64,000 nt of DNA from the human T2T-CHM13v2.0 reference genome, Homo sapiens, in NCBI RefSeq assembly GCF_009914755.1, contig NC_060947.1; one strand, 5' to 3'. Below, one piece after another: positions 43,311 to 63,892 of the stretch (within the stretch, counting starts at the first letter, position 1; each line of letters starts with the position of its first letter). The position numbers were made by a program, and so were the translations under genes. The notes under the pieces were generated by a model. The model ran no database searches and was not told the DNA's origin. It saw only the letters and a list, made by a program, of their open reading frames with translations.

Positions 43311-45627
43311 CTATACCATATACAAGGTTTATTGTTTCTGTTGAGGCTTGAGATAGTTTGTCCATGAGCCAAGGATTACAAAAGGCAGCCAATCTTATAG
43401 GAAAAACAAAAACACACAATACATTTATATTTGAATCCATATTGTGTGATAGACACCTTTGAGATCAGTTAGTAAGAATATAGCCTGAGATGAGTGTGAG
43501 TTCTACAAATAGCATTCTTGCTAAATTGGTTCTACAACAATGAAAACTATGGCTATAGCAACAAAATAATTTACAAGGACATGTATAACAAAGGAAGGAC
43601 AGTGGAAATTGGAAAAGAGGAAGCTTTATACACTTAAGTAAGACCTATTTTTTCTTTGGGAGACCTAACACACAGGAAGAAACAAGTAAGCTTCTATTGT
43701 AACGTTTTGCTTGCAAATTAATTTCAAAACTAGTCTTTGACAGTTTTCAGTCATTGAAAAATATTATACACTTCCTAGTGCCACAGAAGAAGGGCTGTAA
43801 TTAACCAACTCCAATGCATACCTTTCTGATTGATAACCTGAGGTTGCATGAGTTTGTGCTGACAATTTACAAATAGCTCTGTTAAGACCTATGTGCAGTA
43901 GCTGTAGATGCACAGCCATTAATCATAGCCATCAGCAGGCCTCCTGGAGTGGTTTACAGCAGCTTTTAATGTATGTTTTGCTAATTGAAAGTTACAGTGG
44001 TGCTGTAAATTCCCAGATGAATAACTACTTCTGTGTTGATTGCCTGTGGAGGAAAATCCCTCTAAATTTTCCTCTGGAAGGTCAGTTTAAAAATATGAGA
44101 ATGATACTATTACCCACTTCTAAAGCCTCCAAAACTATAAAATTCTGTCTTAGTTTTTTTTTATCTTTTAAAATCAAGGTAAAACAAACGAACAAACAAA
44201 CAAACAAAAACAAAGTGAAATGTCCCAGAATGGTGTAAAATTACAATTTTATTTATCTTTCCCTAAAACTATACTTAAAATGGTGTCCTTTTTTGTACAG
44301 ACGGCTGTTGTTTAGTTCATTTTTGTGTGTAGTTACTTGACACAGACCATTTTTCCTGCCTCTCAGGTGGCTCATGTAGAGAGATTCTTGTTCATTATGC
44401 AAAAATTCTTTTTAGTATCACAGAGGCATAATCATCAGAAAACCTGAGAAACTACTTACCCAATAATCAAATTTTGGATTTTTGTCACTTTCATTACATT
44501 TTAAGAAACTTGCTTTCATTGAGTTGCTTTCTTGGCCTTGATTCATAAACTTACAAAGGACGAATGTTGCTTTCAGAACGACATCATTAAGAAGTAGCAC
44601 CTAGTCAGAAAGTGATATTCTCCGACTATTAACACTAGAATATTGATCATATTAATCAGACCCTTGAAAAATGTATAAAGAATCATTAATGATAAATCCA
44701 TAAGTTGACAGTATGTTTAATTAGAAAATAACAATTTGTATTTTCTACATAGTTAATGGTACTTTTATTAAGGGGACTTAGAGAACTCAGTTATCATTAA
44801 AGGGGAGAGTTACCTAAGGTCAATAATATGAATCCATCCTAAAGTGCCTGTGTTTCAGATGTTATAAATTCTTATCACTTTAGTCAACTTAGTTGTACCA
44901 AGTAATCTATATATGAAGACAAAATTTGTCTTATTCCTTATACCAACAGAGCCTAATGTGTGTTACTTCCCAAGGTATGATGAAAGGAAATGTTGAAACA
45001 TTACATACACCATAACATTAGGTATGTTTTAGCACACCGAGTCACTTACCAGTGACTGAATCACTTTAATAAAAATCAATAGTTTTCTTTACTTAGTACA
45101 TATTTTTTTCACATAGAGTCACATATTTACTTCCAAAATCTCCAGTTTTTTTAAGATCTTAGTTAAAAGTACTTGTTAAAGTTATAATTTAATTATCTCC
45201 CTGAAATATAATTGTGGTTTACAATTGATGTTGTGTCAATGCAAATAGTCACAAAATATGTGTCCCTCTATATGTGTTTTACTGGTTTAGCAAAGCTAAG
45301 GGAAGCTAAAGTTAAAAGAATTCACGTGATATTGAGTGGTATGTGAATAAAGATAATATCATCTATTCATCCTACTAATTTCTAAGCCTAGGAAAAGAAA
45401 ACAGATTGTAACATAGCAATAAAATAACATTAAAAAATAAAATTTGATATTGAAATGGAAATAGTGTGCCCACAGATAGATACTTGAAGATGACTATTTA
45501 GGTGTCAGGAAAACTGTCAAGGTATATTTACGTGCCCTTCCATTTTTCTTTCTGTGCCTTTTCTACTCCTCGCCTCTCCCTCTTAGCCAGCTATATTGTC
45601 AGTGCCCTCAAAATGTCCTCTATCTCT

Positions 45628-46370
45628 ATAGAAAACAGTATGAAGATTAGTTTTAAAACTGAAAAGAGAACTACCCTACAATCCAGCAATCCCACTATTG
45701 GATGTATATCAAAAAAAAGAAATTAATGTATTAAAGGGGCACTGGCATTTTCATGTTTATTGCAGCACTATTCATAATAGCCAAAATATGGAATCAACCT
45801 AAGCCTTCATCAGTGGACAAATGGATAAAGAAAATGTGGTATATATACACAATGTAATACTATTCAGCCATAGAAAATGAAATCCTGCCATTTGCAGCAA
45901 TGTGAATGGAACTGGAGGTCATTATGTTAAATGAAATAAGCCAGACATAGAAAGATGAATATCACATGTTCTCACTCATGTGTGTAAGCTAAAAAGTTTA
46001 TCTCATAGAGGTAAACAGCAGGATAGTATTTACCAGAGTCTGGGAAGGGTGTTGGGTGGAGTTAGGCGGAAAGAGAGGCTAGTTAATGTATACAAACATA
46101 ATTAGATAGAAGGAAGAAATTATTCTGCTATTCAATAGCAGAATAGGGTGACTATAGTTTACAACAATGTGTTATATATTTAAAAATAGCTGCAAGAGAG
46201 GACTTGAAATATTCTCAATACATATAAATGATACCTACTTGAGGTGATGGATATCCTAATTGCCCTGACTTGATCCTTACAAATTTTATGTATGTAACAA
46301 AATAGCATATGCAACGCATAAGTATGTACAAATATTATGTATCAATAAAATAAAAAATAATTTTAAAAAA
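45628..46370 (+). mobile_element. L1MA4-like 3' end
   Basis: ORF2 end plus L1MA 3' UTR (gaggtgatggatatcctaattgccctgacttgatc); possible TSD aaaatg(t)cctct. Confidence 0.85.
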
Positions 46371-47149
46371 ATGCCTCTGGTTGCTCACTATTGCCCCCAC
46401 CACAGGCAGGTAAACCTGAGCCTGTCTCAGAATTTCTCAAGTAGCCAAATTACCTCTTTTCTCTCCACATCAAACATCCCCAATGTTATCTTAATAGAGT
46501 AATTTTGTTTTAATGGAGGAATTTCTCAAACGAAAATAGATCCTTAGTTGACATATTTTGTAGCATTACTGAGTGGAGAATACTTATGATGTAGACATAA
46601 TTTGAGAATTGGTGGGGAAAAAAAGGCTAATGTTCTCACTTTCTCATCTGAAATTATTCTAGATGAATAAGCCTGTTTTACTTTTTTGTCTATTCAGCAT
46701 CCAGGAAAAGGGTAGAAAGGCATCGTAGGGCTTTTGATGTACAAATCAGTGAAGGGACAGGTAGTACTTATTGCTTCAGCTCACATACTTTGGAGTCAAA
46801 CTGATGACGGTTTCATGCCCAGCTTTACCACAAATTAGTTGTATAACCTTTAATATTCCTAACCACAGGATGAATAATAATGATATTCACCTGAATTATC
46901 ATCATCATCATCATCCACCTCATCATCAGCTACATCTTTATTCTAATTGGAAAATATGGTTTTCTTAGAGGCTCAAATACACTCATATTAATCCAATTAC
47001 ATAATCACTAATCTCAATTTGAATGTTTGACTTTAAATAAGCATTTGAGGAAACGAGCATGATCATAGAATAACATTAAGTATTATTTCAATGTTTATAA
47101 AGTATATCCCCCAAACAGGGTACCATTCAATCATTCAAGAGGTAAAACA

Positions 47150-50710
<3,561 letters not shown>

Positions 50711-50899
50711 AACAACAACTTTAAAACAAAGGTATTTCATACAGAATTCACTTCATATAGTGTCAGGGTTTACTCGTCCGAAGCTTCTGCTCTTTGCCCC
50801 TGTGCCTACTGGTACCATTTCTTCTCAGTCGCAGACTCCAATTTTAATCTTCTAGACTAGGAGCCACAGAATACCCTATATGCAGTATAGGGGTTAACT

Positions 50900-51190
50900 T
50901 TAGCATAAAAAGGAAGTTAGGTGTTAAGGATAGAAAGTCAGGAAGCCTCACAAGCCCAGCTTCAGCATTGATTAGCAATGTAGTCGAGGGAAAATTACTT
51001 TTCTTCCCTAAGCCTCAATTTCTCCCATCTGTGGAATGGGACTATTACATGTGCATATGTAATACATACAATATGTATAACAAATACCCATACATATTGG
51101 GTATTTGTGAAAATTAAATAATACTAGGTATCTCAAGCAATTAGCCCAGTGCCTAACAAATGATGCATGCTCAATAAATATGAGCAATTA
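50900..51190 (+). mobile_element. MIR
   Basis: ccctaagcctcaatttctcccatctgtggaatggg...cagtgcct...gctcaataaat. Confidence 0.75.
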
Positions 51191-51339
51191 GCTATTATTG
51201 ACTGTGCCAGCTTATTGTACTTACTTTTGATTTCTTGACACTCCTTTTGTAATCTAGCACGGTGTGTTTGTACACAGTAGGCACTGAGCAAAATTACGTT
51301 TCAGTCAACTATAGAAAATAGTGTCATGTGTTGACAATA

Positions 51340-51532
51340 GCACTGGCCTGAGAAACAAAATATATGGATTGCAGTCACCTTTGTGTTTCCAGTTTGCTGT
51401 GTGACCCTAGACAAGTTACTTTCTATCTGTGGGCTTCAGTTCTGCTTTATTCTTCACTTTACAGTGAAGGTAGTAGGTAATACCAATAGAGGTTGTTTTT
51501 AGGTCCCTGCCAGAACTAGGATTCTATGATTC
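51340..51532 (+). mobile_element. MIR (MIRb/MIR3-like)
   Basis: tttgctgtgtgaccctagacaagttac...ggtccctgccag...attctatgatt. Confidence 0.7.
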
Positions 51533-51819
51533 CTTGGCCTCTAACTCTCCTGTCTGCCTTGACTGCTGAACTACTGTAGTTTTCACCATCCTGATGCTTG
51601 CTTACCATTTGCTGCACACTCCTGGCCTGCTCTTATGCCAGGCACCCATGTGTACCCTACTGCCTGCTTGTCTGTTATCCCTAGGGATGTATCTGCCCTT
51701 TCCAGGGCCATCTCCTTGGCTTGATCATTGACATACTGTCTACCCATACCCAATGCTGACATAGATGCAAAACATTGTGAAAGGAGAAGTATGTTGCAGC
51801 CACATTCACTGGTTTTATG

Positions 51820-51850
<31 letters not shown>

Positions 51851-51892
51851 TATATATACACACACATATATATGCATATATACATATATATT
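51820..51892. repeat. (CA)n/(TA)n microsatellite
   Basis: Read directly from the sequence. Confidence 0.92.
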
Positions 51893-53424
51893 TTTTCAAA
51901 AAATATATATATTATTTTCAAAAAATCATTTATCCTCAATTGATAAATATTTGTAACTATTCAAGGTTAAAAAGCAAATTGCCTGCTACTGTTATCTTGC
52001 TGTTTCTTAAACTGACTTTTTCTGTTTCACAAAATTTTCTCATCGTATTAATGGATCTCAACCACTCATGTTTTCAGAAAAGTCTTTAGCGTCATGAGAA
52101 GTAAAACATCTATAAGAGAAGCCCCTTTCTCCTGAGCTATGGTCAGCCGATACATACCAACTGTGTGGGTTCCCTTCGGTCTACTTCTAGCGTGGCTAAA
52201 TAAGTCACAATCCCTTTAAATTTTTGAGTTTTACTTTATAACTAATTATATAAGGAGGTTATTCACAATTGCCACTTTTTTTCCAGGGTTTTATTTTTGT
52301 AGACTATTTTGAGAAAAGGAGTGCTTAAGGATAAGTGTCTATGTGCAGCCTACTCCAATATTTTCTGCTTAATTCCAGTTTAGGATTAGGGATTTATTTT
52401 TTTTGACTAGTTAAGAGTTTTTACTTTTGTTTCTGGCTGGTATAAATTATTTAACGTAGAAACAAATTGTATGGGTAAAATATGTATAAATAATTATGAG
52501 CATATACATACTTTTTCAAAGTTTTTTTTTTTGTCAATATTGCCTTAGGAAGAAAATAACTGGTTATGTTATTTTTATAGTGTCCTTTGGAATATCTGAT
52601 AACCAGGAAATCAATTACATTTGACTCATGCTCAATCCAATTTGTTTGTTGTAGACCAAAATTATCACTGTAATCAGATTGGCCATATGGAGATCTAACT
52701 GCTTACTTAGTGCAAATCAAGTAGAAAATGGTTGATGCAATTTGCAGTAGAATTTATGTTTATCTATAAAGTCAGCAAACAAAAGCTTCAGATCCCATGA
52801 AAAATCCCTTCTTATGTCTAGTCTGCCAATCATAAATCAGTTTTAAAAATTCAAATCTTAACAGAAGCCATAGGAGGTTTTGGTAAACGCTTCCTGGACC
52901 AGTCTATTAAATTGAGCTGTTTGTAAGTATATAAGTGACTGAACCACTACAGAGACATATTTGAAGTTACAGAGAGGTGGGCCAACTGTTCTTCCATGGT
53001 TTTCTTGCCATGTGCTTCACAACGGTCCTTAAAAGGAAGCTTATCTCCTGGTTATGGCTTTTTATTTTTCTCTACCTCTAATTATAATGCAGCACAGTGT
53101 CAATTTTTAAAAATGTGTACGTAAAAATATAAGGAAACTAATGAAAAGCCAATTTTTTTGATGGTTTAGTTTTACAGTTTTACAGCTCACATTTATAAAG
53201 TATAGTGCACTACAAAAACTGTTCATTTTATTGCAAGGTTTAAGTCCTGTAGTTATTATAAGAAAGGTTTTTCCAGGAGTCATTTGCATGGCCAGAAATC
53301 TAATCATGAACAAGCAACACAAATAATCAGGCCTAAGTGAATTGAATTATCTTAAACCATAGTATTGTAGAAAAAAGGCCACAAGAGCGGTTCTAGAATA
53401 TTAGATTTTAAGAAATTACCATAG

Positions 53425-53825
53425 TTGTTTATAAAATTCAGATCACTAGCTTTCAATGCCAGGTATTTTGGCTAACACTAAGTCTAGAGCGAAATTGAGG
53501 TATTTATTTTTCAGGACACCCCAAGATGTTTCTGATGCTGTTAGCGTTTGTATCACATTTTAAGAAACACTACTTGATGCTCTGAAAACAAGTTTAAATA
53601 GCTGCAATGAGAGCGAATAGCTTATTTTTTATATTAAGAAATATCTTGCAGCTAAAGTAACTTGAAGCACTATCAACTACCCTATAAATGTTTTTCAAAC
53701 TTTGGGGTACATAAGAATAACCTGGAGTGCTTGTTTGCAATTGCAGATTACTGGGAATAAATCTCAGAAACTGGAAGTTAGTAGAGCTAGAGTTGGGACC
53801 AGTAGTCTACGCTTAAGTTTTCAGG
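53425..53825. mobile_element. Two MER5-like (hAT-Charlie) fragments
   Basis: tgtttttcaaacttt...agaataacctggagtgcttgtt...tgcagatt and ttctgatgc...cacattttaagaaacact. Confidence 0.5.
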
Positions 53826-55046
53826 GGCCTTATTTGAGAGGCATTATTCTCTGTACTTTTTGCTGAATGGAGGAGGAAACAGGAGAAGTGTAGATATGAA
53901 AGCAGATACAAAGTTACATTTCTCAATAACAAACCTACCAGATCAACAGACCTTACAGCCAAGAGAGAGGAAACTGGTCAGACTAACTTAAAGAAGTGGC
54001 TTTTAAGAAATCACTTCAGCATGAAGGGGAGTTGAACTTTACTGAAGGCCTTTTCTGCATCTATTCAGATAATCATGTGGTTTTTTTCATTGGTTCTGTT
54101 TATATGACGGATTACGTTTATTGATTTGTGTGTGTTGAACCAGCCTTGCATCCCAGGGATGAAGCCGACTTGGTCGTGGTGGATAAGCTTTTGGATGTGG
54201 TGCTCGGTTCGGTTTGCCAGGATTTTATTGAGATTTTCACATCGATGTTCATCAGGGATATTGGCCTGGAATTTTCTTTTTTGTTGTTGTTGTGTCTCTG
54301 TCAGGTTTTGGTATCAGGATGATGCTGGCCTCATAAAATGAGTTAGGGAGGAGTCCCTCTTTTTCTGTAGTTTGGAATAGTTTCAGAAGGAGTGGTACCA
54401 GCTATTCTTTGTACCTCTGGAAGAATTCGGCTATGAATCCATCTGGTCCTGGTCTTTTTTTTGTTGCTAGGCTATTAATTCCTGACTCAACTTCAGAACT
54501 TGTTATTGGTCTATTCAGGGATTCGACTTCTTCCTGGTTTAGTCTTGGGAGGGTGTATGTGTTCAGGAATTTATCCATTTCTTCTAGGTTTTCTAGTTTA
54601 TTTGCATAGAAGGGTTTATAGTATTCTCTGATGGTAGTTTGTATTTCTGTGGCATAAGTGGTGATATCCCATTTATCATTTTTTATTGTGTCTATTTCAT
54701 TATTCTCTCTTTTCTTCTTTATTAATCTGGCTAGCGGTCTATCTGTTTTGTTAATCTTTTCAAAAAACTAGCTTCTGGATTCATTGATTTTTTTGAAGGG
54801 TTTTTCTTCTCTCTATCTCCTTCAGTTCTGCTCTGATCTTAGTTATTTCTTGTCTTCTGCTAGCTTTTGAATTTGTTTGCTCTTGCTTCTCTAGTTCTTT
54901 CATGGGAGAAGATTTTTGCAATCTATCCATCTGACAAAGTGTTAAAATCCAGAAGCTACATAGAACTTAGACAAATTTATAAGAAAAAAAAACTACCCCA
55001 TCAAAAAGTGAGCGAAGGATATGAACAGATACTTCTCAAAAGAAGA

Positions 55047-57992
<2,946 letters not shown>

Positions 57993-58859
57993 TCAGGAAA
58001 CAACAGATGCTGGAGAGGACATGGAGAAATAGGAAGGCCTTTACGCTGTCGGTGGGAGTGCAAATTAGGTTACCTATTGTGGAAGACAGTGTGGTGATTC
58101 CTCAAGGATCTAGAACCAGAAATACCATTTGGCTCAGCAATCTTATTACTGGGTATATACCCAAAAGATTATAAATCATTCTACTATAAAGACACATGGG
58201 CATGTATGTTTATTGCAGCACTGTTCACAGTAGCAAAGACTTGGAACCAGCCCAAATGCCCATCAATGATAAACTGGATAAAGAAAATATGGCACATATA
58301 CACCATGGAATACTATGCAGCCATGAAAAAGGATGAGCTCATGTCCTTTTTAGGGACATGGATGAAGCCGGAAACCATCATTCTCCACAAATTAACACAG
58401 GAACAGAAAACCAAACACCTCATGTTCTCACTCATAAGTGGGAGTTAAACAATGAGAACACATAGACACAGGAAGGGGAATATCATGCACCAGGGCCTGT
58501 CAGGGGGTGTGGGAGTAGGGGAGGGATAGCATTAGGAGAAATACCTAATGTAGACGACAGGTTTATGAGTGCAGCAGACCACCATGGTACGTGTATACCT
58601 ATGTAACAAACCTGCACATATATCCCAGAACTTTAAGAAAAAAAAAAGTCACTTCAAACAAGTTTTCTTTTTTGTTGTTGCATTTTAGAGTATACCTACT
58701 AAATGCCACTGTTAGCACTACTACCACTTTTCTGAACCCACTCTCTTTATATACTGGCAGCCCCACCACTCACAGGAATTTAACAGCTCTAACAAAATTT
58801 AACAGCTCTCAGATTTTTTTTATAAAACTACTATTCTTTTTTCAAGTCTTCTTACATGT

Positions 58860-59595
58860 AAATAATTTCAAACTTAAAGTCACAAGAAAATTACAAAGTA
58901 CATTCACATAATGTCACCTACATTTTTCAGTTGTAAACATTTCCCTCTTTCTAATCTTTTACCACTAAATTCTTTAGTGCATATTTCCTATGAACAGGGA
59001 TGTGTTCTTACATAAAGATCATACAGTAATCAACTTCATTATAATGTGAGATAGATAAAATAGTTTAATCAGCTGTTTGTATTCCAATTTTGTTAGTTAA
59101 CCCAATAATTGCTTCATAACTTTTTTCTTCTGCATTATAAGATCCAGTATGGTAAAGTATTGAATTTAGTTGTCTGCACGTTTTAGCCTTTTTAAAAAAA
59201 ATCTAGAACATCTTCATAATTTTCCATAGTGCTTCAGTAAGCCAATATATTTGAAGGTTAATAGAATGTTCCTCATTTAGTGTTTGCCTGAGAAGTTCCT
59301 TGAGATTCAGAATATGCATTCTTGTCCAGAATAATCCACGGGGGATGGTGTATCCATCTCAGGATTTCACACCTGCAGGTCTACAATGTCCATCTGTCTC
59401 TTGTTAGTAATGTTACTTTTGACAACTTGGTCAAAGCGGTGTGCAATTTCTTCACTGTGTAATTACTGTGATTCCTTTCTCTTGATTGCAACTAATAGCA
59501 ATCTTTGGGGACATATTTTAGACAATGTAAATATCCTACTTCTCATCAAAATTTTCTTTTAGATTCAATATTATTTGCGATTTTTTCTGATCCAA
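58860..59595 (-). mobile_element. L1MC4-like 3' UTR
   Basis: aataatttcaaactta...atttcctatgaacaggga...caatgtaaatatcct...ctcatcaaa. Confidence 0.7.
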
Positions 59596-60677
59596 TTTTT
59601 TTTTTATTATACTTTAAGTTTTAGGGTACATGTGCACATTGTGCAGGTTAGTTACATATGTATACATGTGCCATGCTGGTGCACTGCACCCACTAACTCG
59701 TCATCTAGCATTAGGTATATCTCCGGATGCTATCCCTCCCCACTCCCCCCACCCCACAACAGTCCCCAGAGTGTGATATTCCCCTTCCTGTGTCCATGTG
59801 ATCTCATTGTTCAATTCCCACCTATGAGTGAGAATATGCGGTGTTTGGTTTTTTGTTCTTGCGATAGTTTACTGAGAATGATGATTTCCAATTTCATCCA
59901 TGTCCCTACAAAGGACATGAACTCATCATTTTTTATGGCTGCATGGTATTCCATGGTGTATATGTGCCACATTTTCTTAATCCAGTCTATCATTGTTGGA
60001 CATTTGGGTTGGTTCCAAGTCTTTGCTATTGTGAATAATGCCGCAATAAACATACCTGTGGATGTGTCTTTATAGCAGCATGATTTATAGTCCTTTGGGT
60101 ATATACCCAGTAATGGGATGGCTGGCTCAAATGGTATTTCCAGTTCTAGATCCCTGAGGAATTGCCACACTGACTTCCACAATGGTTGAACTAGTTTACA
60201 GTCCCACCAACAGTGTCAAAGTGTTCCTATTTCTCCACATCCTCTCCAGCACCTGTTGTTTCCTGACTTTTTAATGATTGCCATTCTAACTGGTGTGAGA
60301 TGGTATCTCATTGTGGTTTTGATTTGCATTTCTCTGATGGCCAGTGATGGTGAGCATTTTTTCATGTGTTTTTTGGCTGCATAAATGTCTTCTTTTGAGA
60401 AGTGTCTGTTCATGTCCTTCGCCCACTTTTTGATGGGGTTGTTTGTTTTTTTCTTGTAAATTTGTTTGAGTTCATTGTAGATTCTGGATATTAGCCCTTT
60501 GTCAGATGAGTAGGTTGCGAACATTTTCTCCCATTTTGTAGGTTGCCTGTTCACTCTGATGGTAGTCTCTTTTGCTGTGCAGAAGCTCTTTAGTTTAATT
60601 AGATCCCATTTGTCAATTTTGTCTTTTGTTGCCGTTGCTTTTGGTGTTTTAGACATGAAGTCCTTGCCCATGCCTAT
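59596..60677 (-). mobile_element. L1PA2-like element, 5'-truncated (~1.1 kb), no TSD
   Basis: PA2 features (gacgagttagtg, cacaatgtg, caatgagatcac, cgcatattctc); low divergence. Confidence 0.92.
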
Positions 60678-63469
60678 ACTTTGAACATGTTTGATATGCT
60701 TCCCCAAATCAAATTTCAGCTTCCTAATTGTCTTTTCTGACCTCTAACTTTGAAATGCTACAGAGGGCCCATGAGGCATCCAAAAGATAAGTAAACAGAA
60801 TTATTTGACATGTTTAGTTACATGGGAAACACTGTCAAAATAAAAGATAATGTTTAACCTTCTTCAGGTTATATTTTAGTAAATAATATTAATATATGTT
60901 TCCAAATCATATGGGGTTTCTAATATTCTAATATTTCTAAGTATATGTTATCAATCATAATTATGTTTATTGTGTTAAGTTATTGCAGACTACAGAAATA
61001 ACCAAATTTTCTTGTCAATTTGGTCTTTAACTATTACCATTTAAAGTCATTTGCATATTAACTCAATTGTTTAATGTTGATGCAGTTTCTGAAAACTTCA
61101 CAAGTACCAAAAATCCTAGAATATGTTTTTAGGAGGTTCATGAAAGGATAGAAAGGGCCCTGAAAAGCACTCTTAAATACAGGTTTCTCGTAACTTTAGA
61201 ATCATATCATTCGAACTGGGTAAGAATTCCTGGAACTTTAATGAAAAGGCTGCCTAGGTTACAAAACTGCTAACTCAACTAGAACAAAAATTAATTGAAT
61301 ACAAAAGAAATACTTTGCCAACTTTGCATGCTGAATCAGCCAATACTGAAATTGTTTACATATACAATTTGAACGAACTCCATGGTTTAAGTCAAATTAC
61401 TGGTGATAACCAATCAGTTATCAACACTATGCACCTAAATTGGAAAAACAACTGGTATTCAAGAGGACGCAAGTCTAATGTTAACTAAGCATAGACCCTT
61501 GGAGAACCAGGTTGGCCACCTTGTTCTTCTTGAGTCCTTCAAACATATGTTGTTAAAACTTCTGCATTCTATGGCTCATCATGGAAAAGATAAAATTATC
61601 CAAATTAAATATATTGGTGTGGCAGCTTATAAATAGCTAGAATAGTTTATAACCAATTTTTAGTTTGTCAAATCAATATCAAAGCTCCAAGTATATTTGG
61701 CTACCTGATCGGCCATTTAAACATTTGTAAAGAGATTTCATTAAATTATCATTTTCAATGCATGTTTTCTGGTTGTATAAAAGCTTTCCCATGCAAGAGG
61801 GGTGATGATATTACAGTTAATTATTATGCCACAGTGTATTTTCTTCAGGTAAAAAAAGCTCTTTATGGTTCACTGAGAACATTCAACCCCTTTGCAATCT
61901 AGAACTTGAAGACTGGATCTTCTGCAAACATCATAGAAAGACTGCCCTTGCCATCCGCACTGCAACAAAACCTTGGGACCTTGAAGCTTGCGACATAATC
62001 TCACAACTGAGAAGGCTCTCTCCACATTCTTGGAACTGTATACCCATTGGAACCCTTAAGGTAAAACTAATCAAGGAAGTTTCTCCTCAGAAGAAGATGA
62101 CATCCCTGATGTGAACAGCTTTTCCCAAGATGTTAGATCAAGACTTCTCTACTGTCATGAAACTCTTATCTTTAAATATTTTTCCTTGCTTATGCCTCTA
62201 TGAACAACAGAAGTGAAAAGGGGGTCTGTTATTTACACTTATTGGGTATACTTTTATTTGAGAAGGATTTTACAGATAGCTTTATACATTGATAACTTTA
62301 TTCTTTGATAGATAAAAGAAGAAGGCCCAAAGTAGATGAGAAACTTTAATGTTACATACGCTGCCTTGTAATCAATCAGAAACAGAACACTAGTTCACTC
62401 CTTTTAACCCACATCATGGGTTAAATTGAACATTGCCAGGAAGCATTCATTCTTCTATAAGGGCATCCTTTGTTAGGTCATTTTTCTATGATTTGGAGTA
62501 AAACAGGCAATGGTTATAAATGTATCCCTCATGATAGGCTCTATAGCAGATTCTACCTTAAAGGCTATGGTTACACGGCAGACTCTACAGTCTCTTGTGA
62601 AAGTTAAGCTAAATAATCGAATTGCTCTAGATTACTTACTGGCTAAATAGCAGTATCTGTGCAGCTACTAGCACTTATGGCCTATGGAGAAAACACTGGG
62701 TGTTATAGAGATTCTGTTCTAGGGAATTAATGAAAAGACTGCTTAGTTAAGTGAGTAGACTCTTTATCTAGCTCATTCTTTGATATATTTGAATTCATGT
62801 GGTTTGGTTTATGGGGATTCTGGGTTAGCAGCATACTCCATACTCTTGATATTATTATCCGAATAATCATAATAATATTCTCCCTGCTGCATAGTATTCT
62901 CTCAAATATTTTAAAAGTTTGCATGCAGCCATGTCTAGAATGTAAAATAATCTCTCTTAAACTGTAATGACAAGAGCTGAAAGAAATGTGCGACCATGTG
63001 GACACTGTAACCTATGAATGACATGCTGAGACGGGAAATCCAAAATAATGGTAACTGAGAGTGGCGCTAAGGCCCTAAGTTTTGTCACACTGTCACTTAA
63101 GTGAGAACTTTACTACAAATAGAGAATTTTTAAAAACAAAATTATGGGAGGTCACTGTTTTGGACTGACCTCACGTACTAGGCACCAACAGACTAAACAA
63201 ACAAACAAAAAAATAGAATCGCTTTTGCTAAATGTAACAAAATCAAATTAAAATTTTAAGGAAACACATAGGTCCTAGAACAGACCAGGCTTTGTTTTTC
63301 TCTTGTAAGAAAACATTCAAGCATAAGGAGGTACCTTTACTCAGTCTTTGTTCCTACTTTTGCAACTCATTGTTTCCCAGCGGATTTCAATACCAATAGT
63401 AATAGTGACATCAATGACTGAAGTTTTGGTCAATCTCTCAAAATTGAGAAGATGACCTAAAGGGGGGAA
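60678..63469 (+). mobile_element. MER57A-int-like ERV1 internal 3' part with integrase and env-TM remnants
   Basis: Integrase-like ...CMFSGCIKAFPC (~61760-61800); ISD-like LNNRIALDYLLAK* (62609-62650); PPT aaaggggggaa. Confidence 0.8.
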
Positions 63470-63892
63470 TGGTTAAAGCGACTTAAATATGGCCTGAGAA
63501 GGACTCCATACTTCTATATTTCAGTCCCTGTGGGTTATCATCTGTATCCTAATTTAATAGGTAGACAAGATTGAAAACCTAAATTAGGAGTATGTGCTTG
63601 TAACAATAGCTCAGTCTGGCCAATCTCAGCAGCCATACAGTAACCACTTATACACTGCTGAGTGTTCAAATAAGGCAAACACCAACCTGCAACCAACAAC
63701 CCAGCTATTTCTGTACCTCACTTCCAATTTCTGTACGTCACTTCCCTTTTTTTGTCTATAAATTTGTTGACTACGAGGCATCCCTGGAGTCTCTGAATCT
63801 GCTGTGATTCTGGGAGCTGCCTGATTTACAAATCGCTCATTGCTCAAGTAAACTTCTTTAAATTTACTTTGGCTGAAGTTTTTCTTTTAACA
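63470..63892 (+). mobile_element. MER57A1-like 3' LTR
   Basis: aaatatggcctgagaaggactccatacttctatattt...tgtacgtcacttccc...tataaa...tttcttttaaca. Confidence 0.88.

Noticed and set aside
46771-46968. Poly-His ORF
   Set aside because: A (CAT)n microsatellite beside a MIR-like fragment; no exon context.
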